Assembly: GCA_005222975.1 (NCBI GenBank)
Contig: NJBI01000063.1
Location: 1 to 16,836, forward strand
Length of the DNA: 16,836 bases
Direction of reading: 5' to 3'
Origin: Promethearchaeota archaeon Loki_b31
Lineage (GTDB): Archaea > Asgardarchaeota > Lokiarchaeia > Sigyniarchaeales > SOKP01
Shown: piece after piece, positions 1 to 8,708 of the stretch
Numbering within the stretch: position 1 is the first letter of the stretch
Layout of the letters: every line of letters begins with the position of its first letter
Program-made: the position numbers and the translations under genes
Notes under the pieces: generated by a model
The model's database searches: none
What the model was told of the DNA's origin: nothing
What the model saw: only the letters and a program-made list of their open reading frames with translations

Positions 1-159
1 AGCTAAAAAAGAAGCAAATTATATAAAATGAAAAATTCTAATTCTCCTATTTTCCATACTCTTAAGGGTGACAAACCCCAATATTTTAAGAAGCTTTAAA
101 AACCAAATTTAATGATTTTAAATATTCGAAATTTGAATAAAATTACTTTTCTTTTTACA

Positions 160-1173
160 ATGTCAAATATATTAGTGACTGGCGGTACGGGGTTTATAGG
201 TGTTCCATTAGTTAAGAAACTGCATCAACTAGGACATAACTTAAAACTTTTAGTAAGGGAGAGTAGTAACACAGCTCCTTTTAAGGAACTTAGTAACATT
301 AAATATGTTACTGGTGATGTTCAAGATATCAATAGTTTGGAAAAGGCTGTAGATAATATTGATATTATATATCATCTTGCAGCAACCACTCAGATTTGGG
401 CTAAAGATAAATCTATATATGAAGAAATAAATATTAAAGGTCCTGAAAACATTGCTGAAGTTGCATTAGAAAAAAATATTCTCTTAATTTTCATTAGCTC
501 ATTTTTTGCCATTGGACCTTATAATTGTGGTGAAGATATTCCTGATTTTGAAACTTATGAGAGAAACATTGACTATTTTATAGATTATGAAAAATCTAAA
601 TCTGAAGGAACAAAAAATATTCGAAAATATAAGGAAAAAGGATTAAAAACCATTATTTTTTATCCTGGCTTCGTTTACGGTCCAGGGGATCTCAATTTTT
701 ACGGGAAATTGACTATTGATATAATTTTAGGAAAACTTCTGGGAATACCTAAAACATCAGTTTCTAAATTTAGTATGGCTTATGTCTATGATATTATAGA
801 GCCTATGGCTAATGTGATTAGTAGAGATGACTTAATTGGTGAAGAATATTTTCTAGGTGGTGAAGCGGCAACAACAATTGAGTATCTTAACTTAATCGCA
901 GAATTTGCTGGAGTGAAAAAACCAAGACAATTTCCATTGTTGTTTGCCTTGTTTTATGGACGCTTATGTGAAATTAGAGCAAAACTTTCAAAAAATAGAA
1001 TTCCCTACATAACACGACCCTTAATGAAAATGGCAACATATGATTGGGCATACTCATCTCAGAAAACTATTGATGATCTGGGATATAAAATAACCCCTTT
1101 TAGAGAAGGTTTGGAGAAAACGGTTGAGTGGTATAAGGAATATATTGAAAAAGGAAAAAAGGAAGGAGTGTAA
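160..1173 (+). CDS. Extended SDR / NAD(P)-dependent epimerase-dehydratase family protein (HpnA / plant farnesol dehydrogenase-like subgroup)
   Basis: Rossmann motif TGGTGFIG a few residues after ATG 160 (MSNILVTG). The ORF-track start at 112 adds 16 residues that do not belong to the domain. YHLAA, catalytic Ser (ISSFFAIG), YxxxK (YEKSK), YPGFVYGPG and C-terminal WAYSS..LGY are present. Confidence 0.88.
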   Translation: MSNILVTGGTGFIGVPLVKKLHQLGHNLKLLVRESSNTAPFKELSNIKYVTGDVQDINSLEKAVDNIDIIYHLAATTQIWAKDKSIYEEINIKGPENIAEVALEKNILLIFISSFFAIGPYNCGEDIPDFETYERNIDYFIDYEKSKSEGTKNIRKYKEKGLKTIIFYPGFVYGPGDLNFYGKLTIDIILGKLLGIPKTSVSKFSMAYVYDIIEPMANVISRDDLIGEEYFLGGEAATTIEYLNLIAEFAGVKKPRQFPLLFALFYGRLCEIRAKLSKNRIPYITRPLMKMATYDWAYSSQKTIDDLGYKITPFREGLEKTVEWYKEYIEKGKKEGV

Positions 1174-1182
1174 TGTAAAAAT

Positions 1183-1653
1183 ATGTTAGAAGAAGAAATA
1201 ACGAACAAAATTGAAGATAAGGATGTTTACAAGACAGAAATAGCTAAAAGATACACCATATTTCTGGCACAATATCCTGAGATTTTTTCTGATTTAATTC
1301 ATGGATCAAACTTTGATTTTGCAATTTATGATTCATTTGGAGCATATGATGATGAATCTCCTGTAGATATTTTTAATGTATTATGTAATGGGCATGAGAT
1401 CGAAATAAAACCAGGGAATGCGGTTAATGCTGATTTGGAACTAGCGCTCTCGATCAAGGCTATTGAAAAATTAATCAAAACAAAAACGAAAGTGGAATAT
1501 ACAAAACTTTTTGGATATTTTTACAATGAACCGGACGAGGAAAAAGGCTGGATTGATTTTGTTTTGCACAAAAGAACGCAAACCTTAATTGATATGGGTT
1601 ATGGAAGATTTGCTAAAACTGCTGGTATTCTCGAAGATGAGAACGATGCATAA
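1183..1653 (+). CDS. Hypothetical protein, SCP2/sterol-carrier-like fold suspected; paralog of 3240..3647
   Basis: 156-aa ORF 9 nt after the SDR stop, with GGAG upstream. Segment IEIKPGNAVNADLELALSIKAIEKLI resembles the SCP2 'G...aDl.l.ls...l..l' strand-helix. Fold call is inference. Confidence 0.6.
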   Translation: MLEEEITNKIEDKDVYKTEIAKRYTIFLAQYPEIFSDLIHGSNFDFAIYDSFGAYDDESPVDIFNVLCNGHEIEIKPGNAVNADLELALSIKAIEKLIKTKTKVEYTKLFGYFYNEPDEEKGWIDFVLHKRTQTLIDMGYGRFAKTAGILEDENDA

Positions 1654-1733
1654 TAATAATATTATGTAATAATTTTTTTTAAGGAAAATTTTGAAGTTGA
1701 AATAATACTAAAATATAAAGGTAAAATGGAAAT

Positions 1734-3227
1734 ATGTCAAAAGTAAAAGAATTAGAAATCAAGAATAAATATACGGGTGAAGTTATAAGAACTATCCCTG
1801 CTGACACGCCGGAAACAGTTCAAGCAAAAATAAAAAAAGTACATAAAAATCAACATTTATTAAGAGAAATGGACTTCTTTGAACGTGCTCAACTTCTCTC
1901 TAAATATGCAGGTAAAATGCGATTTAAAAAGAAAAAACTAAAAGATTTAGTTGTAGCGGAAGGTGGATTACCGATCAAATATTCAGAATGGGAATTATCA
2001 ATTGTTCTAACAGGATTCAAATTTTGCGATTGGTATCATCAGTTTATAGAAGACAGACCATTAACTGGTATTGAAGGACAGAAAAATGTAATAATAAAAT
2101 ATATTCCACACGGATTGTCTGCTTGTATTTCTCCTCGTAACACACCTATTAGCCTTCCCCTTTATCAGATGGGTGCTAATTATTTGGTAGGAAATGGTGT
2201 GATTGTTAAACCATCTACCGCATGCCCCTTAACCATGTTAGAAGCCTATTCTACCATGGAGGAAATGGATTTTCCGGGGTTAGATGCATTAGATTTGGTT
2301 ATAGCTCCTGGAGAATGGGCAGTAGATGAATTTCTTAAATCTCATTTAATCAAGATTATGATGACAGTTACCTCTTCACATACTGCAAAAGATATTCTAG
2401 TGAGATATGGAAAACTATTAAAAAAAACTGCAGATAAATCAATGGGTGTCGCAATGTATAGGGAACCGTTCAAACAATTCTTCTTTGAGTGCGCTGGAAA
2501 CGATGCTGGAATAGTAATGGATGATGTTAATTTAGAGAAAGTAGCTAAATGGAATGCTGTGGCAAGTTACACTAATTCAGGTCAACAGTGTTTCTCAATG
2601 AAGCGAATAATAGTCCACCAAGATATATATGATAAATATATAGAATGTCTAATAAAAGAAATTGAGAAATTAAAATATGGAGACCCCACAGATCCCACTG
2701 TTGATATTGGACCATTAGGAAGTCGACGTATACTAATGATGATGGAAGTGATGGTGGCTGATGCTAAAGAATATGATGTTAAAATCTATACCGGAGCAGA
2801 AAAAATTGATACTGGCGAGGATTATGGATTGTTTTACAAACCAACTCTGGTTGAAATTAAACCAGAATTGTGTGAAGATTTATCTAAGGCTCCGTTTTTA
2901 TGGAGAGAAGAGGCTTTTGGACCTGTCCGTTCTATTACTAAAGCCAAAGATATGAAAGATGCAATTAGATTAGCAAATGCCAGTAATTATGGTATGAGGG
3001 CAGTAGTTTACACTTCCAATTTGAATAATATTGAGGTTTTTAAGAATCAATTAGAAGCTGCAAATATATATATTAATGCAAGACCTATGCTTGTTGATAT
3101 TACGGTTTCTTTAGGAGGAATTAAAGATTCTGCTTATCCAGCAGGTTGTAAATATTATCCTCAAGAGTTAGTTTATGGAAAATATATTTATGATGGTACA
3201 CCGCTGAATTTAGAAAAAATAAAATAA
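1734..3227 (+). CDS. Aldehyde dehydrogenase family protein (divergent)
   Basis: ISPRNTP (PxNxP), VIVKPS, general-base Glu in FECAGND, catalytic Cys in NSGQQCFS, YGDP, IGPL, EEAFGP, ANASNYGM, LGGIKDS. Confidence 0.92.
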   Translation: MSKVKELEIKNKYTGEVIRTIPADTPETVQAKIKKVHKNQHLLREMDFFERAQLLSKYAGKMRFKKKKLKDLVVAEGGLPIKYSEWELSIVLTGFKFCDWYHQFIEDRPLTGIEGQKNVIIKYIPHGLSACISPRNTPISLPLYQMGANYLVGNGVIVKPSTACPLTMLEAYSTMEEMDFPGLDALDLVIAPGEWAVDEFLKSHLIKIMMTVTSSHTAKDILVRYGKLLKKTADKSMGVAMYREPFKQFFFECAGNDAGIVMDDVNLEKVAKWNAVASYTNSGQQCFSMKRIIVHQDIYDKYIECLIKEIEKLKYGDPTDPTVDIGPLGSRRILMMMEVMVADAKEYDVKIYTGAEKIDTGEDYGLFYKPTLVEIKPELCEDLSKAPFLWREEAFGPVRSITKAKDMKDAIRLANASNYGMRAVVYTSNLNNIEVFKNQLEAANIYINARPMLVDITVSLGGIKDSAYPAGCKYYPQELVYGKYIYDGTPLNLEKIK

Positions 3228-3239
3228 ATTTCATTCAAA

Positions 3240-3647
3240 ATGGAAACTGAGGAATTATACACAAAATTAGAAACATTTTTTCCAAATAAATTAGATTTAA
3301 TGAGACATCTACATGTAAATGCCTGTTGGGAGTATTTTATCACTGAAAATTCCACTGACGATACCTCTTTCAAACTACACTATTTTTTATTCAAAAAGAA
3401 TGAAAATACCTTAGAGATGACAAAACAGGTGCCCGATATTAAACCAGATTTAATTTTATATTTCACAGAAAAAGCTATTTTAAATTTGATTGAAGGGAAT
3501 TCAAGCGTAGAGGAATACTACGCTCGTTATCATAAAGTGATGGGTAATCCTCAGTCTGGTATTGAAGTGGACAATAAAGTAAATAAACCTAGACTAAAGC
3601 TTTGGCAGATTGGATATAAAAAATGGCAAAAAGACTTTAAATTTTAA
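3240..3647 (+). CDS. Hypothetical protein, SCP2/sterol-carrier-like fold suspected; paralog of 1183..1653
   Basis: 135-aa ORF 12 nt after the ALDH stop. KPDLILYFTEKAILNLIEG matches the SCP2-like pattern and aligns with the 1183 protein. Confidence 0.6.
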   Translation: METEELYTKLETFFPNKLDLMRHLHVNACWEYFITENSTDDTSFKLHYFLFKKNENTLEMTKQVPDIKPDLILYFTEKAILNLIEGNSSVEEYYARYHKVMGNPQSGIEVDNKVNKPRLKLWQIGYKKWQKDFKF

Positions 3648-3750
3648 GTTCGCACGGTTAATTCCTATAAAACTTTTGACTTTAAGTTAATACTTTATTA
3701 TTCTTTCAACATTTTGATATAAAAATTCCTTTAATTGAAATTTTTAAATA

Positions 3751-3764
3751 TTTTTTTAAAAAAA
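3751..3764. terminator. Possible bidirectional oligo-T terminator (T7A7 palindrome) between convergent genes
   Basis: TTTTTTTAAAAAAA gives a U7 tract on both strands between the stops at 3647 (+) and 3787 (-). Archaeal termination at oligo-U is established, but the AT-rich context weakens the call. Confidence 0.35.
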
Positions 3765-3786
3765 GAATATCATATTGATGATTAAA

Positions 3787-4488
3787 TTAAAAAGAAGTAG
3801 TTCTAATTTTTTTCTTTTTCAAAGAAATGAATATTATAGCAATAATAGCCACTATTGAAAATCCTATAAAATAGGTGCCAGAAGGGATTCCGAATCCGAA
3901 TCCGAAACGAAACGTTCCTTCCGTCCTTACTATAACTTGGTCAAATTCATCGTAATAAGTTTCAATTGCAATAATTCCTCTAGTATCAAATTCTTTTTCC
4001 CATACATAATCCTTTCCAGTATCACTTCTTCCCTGTTTAAATATCGAATACCCAAGTCTATAATACTCCGATGGTAAATTGACCATAACTTCGTCCAAGT
4101 AATCGTTAATTGGAGTAAGGCAGAAATTATAATCGTCGTAATTCATGGGATACTTTCCAATATGGAAAGACCTCGATTCTCCATCCACACCCCAATCAGT
4201 TTTGTAATCCCAAAAAGATACTTCTATTATCCAAAGCACATGAGATTCTTCAACGCTTCTAATAACCATTCTTATTTGATCTTCTAACTCAAAATTGGGA
4301 TCAACTCCAAATACTTCTCTAAAGCTGCTTAAATCTAATTGCGTTACCTCCCAAATTAATTCCGTTCCCTCGTTAAACCCTATTCTATATTCGGTATCCT
4401 GTGCCTTAACATTGAAATTAAGGCAACAACTAAATATAAGGAAATTTAACAAAACAATTGAGTAAATAATTTTTTGTTTTTGTTTCAC
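3787..4488 (-). CDS. Secreted, C-terminally membrane-anchored hypothetical protein
   Basis: GTG start. Basic N-region, hydrophobic core and VKA|Q cleavage-like site, then an acidic beta-rich body. C-terminus is IPSG + TM helix + KKKK. Confidence 0.8.
   Translation of the reverse strand: MKQKQKIIYSIVLLNFLIFSCCLNFNVKAQDTEYRIGFNEGTELIWEVTQLDLSSFREVFGVDPNFELEDQIRMVIRSVEESHVLWIIEVSFWDYKTDWGVDGESRSFHIGKYPMNYDDYNFCLTPINDYLDEVMVNLPSEYYRLGYSIFKQGRSDTGKDYVWEKEFDTRGIIAIETYYDEFDQVIVRTEGTFRFGFGFGIPSGTYFIGFSIVAIIAIIFISLKKKKIRTTSF
3889..3906 (-). repeat. In-frame hexamer tandem repeat (TTCGGA)x3 encoding FGFGFG
   Basis: + strand TCCGAA TCCGAA TCCGAA, three perfect copies with identical codons. Confidence 0.85.
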
Positions 4489-4712
4489 TTTACCATCAAA
4501 AAGTTTTTACTTAAAATTTTTACAATAGAATATCTTCTATAATAAATTGAAAAATAAATATTTTCTTTAATTTAAAAATTTGATTTAAGATTTTCGTATC
4601 TGTTTATAATATTACAAAACTTGCACTTATTCAAAATACCTCGATTAAATATTAAATACCAATAACAACATTTATTTTCGATTTAATATTGAAATCATTT
4701 AATTCAATCTAA

Positions 4713-4717
4713 GGTGA
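4713..4717 (+). promoter_or_regulatory. Shine-Dalgarno GGTGA for the amidase gene
   Basis: AAGGTGA lies 7 nt before the TTG start at 4725. Confidence 0.6.
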
Positions 4718-4724
4718 AAAAAAT

Positions 4725-6143
4725 TTGAATAAAGACGAAATTTGTTTTATGCCAGCTTACGAAATGTTAGAAAAAATTAAGACGCAAGAACTGACATCTA
4801 CTGAAATTACTGAAACTATAATTGAAAGGGTTGAAAAAATAAACCCAATAATTAATGCTTATTGTACTACTACGTTCGATTTAGCCCGAGAAATGGCAAA
4901 AAATGCGGATGACGCTGTTAAAAAGGGAGAAAAATTAGGATTGCTTCATGGGATTCCAACATCAATTAAAGATTTGATGTTAACTAAAGGAATAAGAACT
5001 ACTTTTGGATGTAAAATTTACGAAAATTATATTCCCGAAGTTGACGAAATCGTAGTTAAACGCTTAAAAAATGAAGGGATGGTTTTAATTGGTAAAACTA
5101 ACACGCCTACTTTTGGGTATTGGACAATAACAGACAATTTTATATTTGGTCCCACAAAAAATCCATGGGATTTAACCCGCAATTCTGGTGGATCGAGCGG
5201 AGGTGCGGCAGCTCAAGTATCAGCTGGTCTTGGACCATTATCCCTAGGGTCTGATGGCGGTGGTTCTATTCGAGTTCCCAGTAGTTTCTGCGGTATCTTT
5301 GGGCTTAAACCAACTTTTGGAAGAATTCCGCGTTATCCTATTCACGATGTAACATGGGTTACAATGGATCATTACGGACCAATGGTAAGAAACGTGAAAG
5401 ATGCTGCCCTTATGCTGGATGCAATGGCAGGAGTAGATCTCGCGGATAAATATTCGTTAACTAAACCTAGTTATAAATACCTTGATATCGTTGAAGATAG
5501 ACCTACTAAACTTAAAATTGGTTATTCGTTAAATTTAGGGTTTATTAAAGCTATTGATGAGGAAGTTGAAAAGAATTTCTTACAAGCAGTTCCTAAATTC
5601 GAAAGTTTAGGTTGGGAAGTTGAAGAAGCTAAAATCAAGATAAAGAAACAGTTTAAAGCACATTCTACATTAGTTACTGCTGGATATGCCTATGATTTAA
5701 AACGTTATTTAAAAGAGTGGCGAGATAAACTGGAGGTTGATTTCTTGAGAATGGTTGACGCTGGTTTTGGATATTCAGCCGTTGATTTAAAACAAGCAGA
5801 AGATATAAGAGAAAAAGTTCATGACACGCTTCATCATTACTTCAAAAATTATGATTTATTGTTGACACCCGCGACAGGTGTTCCAGCGTTAAAATTGGGT
5901 GAGAGATTTCCGGCCAAAATTAGAGGTAAAAGTGTTACTCCCACTGAATGGTTTTCCTTTTCAACTCCATTTAATTTAACGGGACACCCTGCGGCATCAA
6001 TTCCTTGTGGTTGGACCGATGATGGTTTACCAGTTGGATTACAAATCATAGGTAAGCGGCTTGATGAGGCTACCGTTCTTCAAGCTTCTAAAGCATTTGA
6101 AGATATTGCTCCATGGCAAGATAAAAAACCACAATTCAATTAA
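4725..6143 (+). CDS. Amidase signature (AS) family amidase
   Basis: TTG start. Lys-cisSer-Ser triad motifs GIPTSIKD, SGGSSGG and LGSDGGGSIRVPSSFCG, plus GLKPTFGR, PFNLTGHPAASIP and GLPVGLQI. Confidence 0.93.
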   Translation: MNKDEICFMPAYEMLEKIKTQELTSTEITETIIERVEKINPIINAYCTTTFDLAREMAKNADDAVKKGEKLGLLHGIPTSIKDLMLTKGIRTTFGCKIYENYIPEVDEIVVKRLKNEGMVLIGKTNTPTFGYWTITDNFIFGPTKNPWDLTRNSGGSSGGAAAQVSAGLGPLSLGSDGGGSIRVPSSFCGIFGLKPTFGRIPRYPIHDVTWVTMDHYGPMVRNVKDAALMLDAMAGVDLADKYSLTKPSYKYLDIVEDRPTKLKIGYSLNLGFIKAIDEEVEKNFLQAVPKFESLGWEVEEAKIKIKKQFKAHSTLVTAGYAYDLKRYLKEWRDKLEVDFLRMVDAGFGYSAVDLKQAEDIREKVHDTLHHYFKNYDLLLTPATGVPALKLGERFPAKIRGKSVTPTEWFSFSTPFNLTGHPAASIPCGWTDDGLPVGLQIIGKRLDEATVLQASKAFEDIAPWQDKKPQFN

Positions 6144-6167
6144 TTTTTATATTATTTTCTTTTTTTT
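6144..6167 (+). terminator. Oligo-T terminator downstream of the amidase
   Basis: The 24-nt gap between convergent stops is almost all T and ends in a long T run. Confidence 0.5.
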
Positions 6168-7265
6168 TTAAAATGACTTCATATTTGACGTTGTAATGTA
6201 AGTAGAGTCACCAATAGTTATATTATTTTTTATTAAATCTTCTAAAATTGAGTAATCGCCGATAATACTGTTAGAAGAGATAATTTTCTTCAATAACACG
6301 CCATCTCCTATTACTGATTCGGAGAGAATGCATTTTTCTAATTCTAGATCGTCCCCAATCGAAACATTTGGACCTATAATTGAATTTTTAATTCTTACAT
6401 TTTCTCCAATCAACACAGGAGGTACTATTTTTGAGTCTACTATATTTCCTGATTTGAACATGCTTTCGTAAAGAGGATCTTTTAATTTACTCTCAGACAA
6501 TAAATAACGATTTCCCTCAAGTAAGGTTTCTGGCCTTCCAAAATCTAAGATCTCTTTCTGCATCACGTTACCCCTAAGCTTTATTCCCTCTTCTATAAGT
6601 TGTTCGATTATTGGTGTAAATTGATGTTCTTTTCCATTTACTATCTTTATCTTACTCTGTTCCTCTAAAAGTTCAAATAATCTAGAAACGGATTTCTTTC
6701 CAAAAAGATAAGCACCGGAAACGGCATAATCAGAAATGTGAACTTGTGGTTTTTCAACAATTTTAGTTATAAAATCATTAGTGTCTAATACTGTAACTCC
6801 GTAGAATTGAGGGTTCTCAACCTTTTTAATATTGATAACTCCATCGCAATTTCCTTGATGATAGGTTAATAAAATAGAAGAATAATCTTCCATTGGTAGT
6901 CTATCACTTAAAAATATAAAACAATCGTCGTCAATAGTAAATTCCTTAGCTAATAATATTGCGTCTCCAAGACCGCTGAAAAAAGGCGTATCAGCCGAAA
7001 ATCCCAGAGGTTTCTGTTCGATAAATTGAAGCTTGAAATAATCTGAAAAGTGTTCAATTAGGTATCCAGAAATCTGCCTTTTTTTATACCCTACTATAAA
7101 AACTATAACGGTTCCTTTAGGAAAAGTGCTTTTTAACCTTATAAGTATATGGTCGATTAGCCTTTTTCCAGCAACTTTTATAAAAGCTTTGGGTTTTGAA
7201 TAAGTAAATGGTTGTAATCTTTTTCCAACCCCTGCAATTGGGCAAATTATTTTCAACTTCAACAT
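6168..7265 (-). CDS. Sugar-phosphate nucleotidyltransferase (glucose-1-phosphate thymidylyltransferase long-form-like) with C-terminal left-handed beta-helix
   Basis: AGVGKRLQPFTYSKPK signature, GLGDAI, YGV, IVEKP, DFGRPETLL, and hexapeptide repeats (PPVLIGENVRIKNSIIGPNVSIG). ATG at 7265 overlaps the upstream TGA (TGATG). The ORF track uses TTG 7268. Confidence 0.9.
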   Translation of the reverse strand: MLKLKIICPIAGVGKRLQPFTYSKPKAFIKVAGKRLIDHILIRLKSTFPKGTVIVFIVGYKKRQISGYLIEHFSDYFKLQFIEQKPLGFSADTPFFSGLGDAILLAKEFTIDDDCFIFLSDRLPMEDYSSILLTYHQGNCDGVINIKKVENPQFYGVTVLDTNDFITKIVEKPQVHISDYAVSGAYLFGKKSVSRLFELLEEQSKIKIVNGKEHQFTPIIEQLIEEGIKLRGNVMQKEILDFGRPETLLEGNRYLLSESKLKDPLYESMFKSGNIVDSKIVPPVLIGENVRIKNSIIGPNVSIGDDLELEKCILSESVIGDGVLLKKIISSNSIIGDYSILEDLIKNNITIGDSTYITTSNMKSF

Positions 7266-7795
7266 CAACTATCTAATATTTCTCTTAAAATTTCATAATA
7301 TTCCGCTTCTTTTAATTTTTCTTTTACTAGATTTTTTAATTTTCTTAAATAATAGTTATCTGAATTCGTTCTCGTCGTGTTTTTAAGTTTCTTATTTAAA
7401 GCTATTCGCGTCTTTTCATCTAAAAAATTAACCGGAATAGATTTATAATTATTAATCAAAAAATTTTTTCCAAATTCTCCCGAAGTTTCTTTTTGTTGTT
7501 CCAAACTGGCAGTAAGAATTAGATATAAATTTGCGACCCATGTTTCTATTCTTTCTAAATCTCCTTTTAAATAAGATCTATTAATTAACCAATCCTTAAA
7601 CTCAATAACACTGTTCAAAAAGTCCGTTCTTTTATCATTTTTATTACTTGCGTTTATATTCTTCTGTACTATTTTGCGAATGTTTTGAAGTTTTAAATCT
7701 TTTCTTTCTTCTTTAGACAATTTGGCGTATATGTCCTCTCTTACTTTCTTTTCCTCAACGGTATCTTTATCGTCTAGCCATTTATCCATTGACAT
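7265..7795 (-). CDS. Hypothetical protein, charged and predicted helical
   Basis: 176-aa ORF with ATG start whose stop overlaps the start of the next gene. No family recognised. Confidence 0.75.
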   Translation of the reverse strand: MSMDKWLDDKDTVEEKKVREDIYAKLSKEERKDLKLQNIRKIVQKNINASNKNDKRTDFLNSVIEFKDWLINRSYLKGDLERIETWVANLYLILTASLEQQKETSGEFGKNFLINNYKSIPVNFLDEKTRIALNKKLKNTTRTNSDNYYLRKLKNLVKEKLKEAEYYEILREILDS

Positions 7796-7926
7796 TATTC
7801 TAATAATAATTAAAGTTTGATTCTAAAAATTACTTATCTATTAAATAATTAATATAAAGAAAAAATTTCGTTTTAAATTCTGAGAGAGATAGTTTAATAT
7901 TGATTTAAGTTATTAATATATATAGA

Positions 7927-8700
7927 ATGAGAGTAAAAGGATTGATATTTGATTTTGGTTTTACACTGTTTTCCTTTGAGAATCCGTCAATTGAAAAATA
8001 TTACGATTGCTTTAATCGTGGATTATTGAAATCACTTGATATTTTAAAACAAGAGAAAATTATAGAAGAAAAAGAAATAGATAATTTTATTAGAGTCTTC
8101 AACAGAAAAAGAAATACCTTTTTTAAATCGTCATTAAAAACGAAGGAAGAATTTCCAACTACACTATTATTCAAAAGCGTGTTAACTGCGTTAAAAGAAA
8201 GAGGTTATAATATTAAAGACGAGAATGTTAAAGAAGAGTTTATAGAAAATTTAGCTGAAATTTATCATTCTTGTGAAGAAGAAGAATGGAAACCCTATAA
8301 AGAAACGAGATATACCTTAGAATCACTATCTAAATCCTCGTATCTAAAAATAGGTCTTATTTCAAATCATCCAAACCATAAAACTATAAAAAATTTACTC
8401 AAAAATAATGAAATGAAGCATTATTTCGATGCGATCGTTACTTCTGCAAAATTTGGTAAAAGAAAACCCAATCCAGACATCTTTTTCCATACATTAAAGA
8501 AAATGGGATTAAATAAAGACGATGCAAAAGATTGTATGATGGTGGGTGACGAAGCTGCCGACGCTGTTGGTGCTTATAGGGCAGGCATGCAACTCATCTT
8601 AAAAGAAAGAGAATACGAATTTCCCTTTGAAACAGAAATCGATTTGCCAAATTTAATAAAAATAAAATCGATTAAAGAAGTATTAAACTACGTAGAATAG
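7927..8700 (+). CDS. HAD-superfamily hydrolase, subfamily IA (DxGxT variant)
   Basis: Motif I IFDFGFTL, motif II LISN, motif III RKPNPDIF, motif IV MVGDEAADAVGAYRAGM. Confidence 0.9.
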   Translation: MRVKGLIFDFGFTLFSFENPSIEKYYDCFNRGLLKSLDILKQEKIIEEKEIDNFIRVFNRKRNTFFKSSLKTKEEFPTTLLFKSVLTALKERGYNIKDENVKEEFIENLAEIYHSCEEEEWKPYKETRYTLESLSKSSYLKIGLISNHPNHKTIKNLLKNNEMKHYFDAIVTSAKFGKRKPNPDIFFHTLKKMGLNKDDAKDCMMVGDEAADAVGAYRAGMQLILKEREYEFPFETEIDLPNLIKIKSIKEVLNYVE

Positions 8701-8708
8701 ATATAAAG

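Noticed and set aside
2-31. Possible 3' end of an upstream gene (AKKEANYIK-stop)
   Set aside because: Too short to support from this window.
66-78. Mini-hairpin GGGT-GACAA-ACCC upstream of the SDR gene
   Set aside because: Only a 4-bp stem, with no second copy noticed.
2761-2955. 64-aa alternative-frame ORF
   Set aside because: Lies entirely within the ALDH gene and has no recognisable motifs.
3188-3373. 61-aa antisense ORF
   Set aside because: Overlaps two better-supported + strand genes.
5849-6049. 66-aa antisense ORF
   Set aside because: Shadow ORF opposite the conserved amidase C-terminus.
4725-6143. Calling the amidase gatA because gltX is nearby
   Set aside because: The motif is SDGGGSIRVP rather than the GatA-type SDTGGSIRQP, and there are no gatB/gatC neighbours. 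A generic AS amidase is safer.
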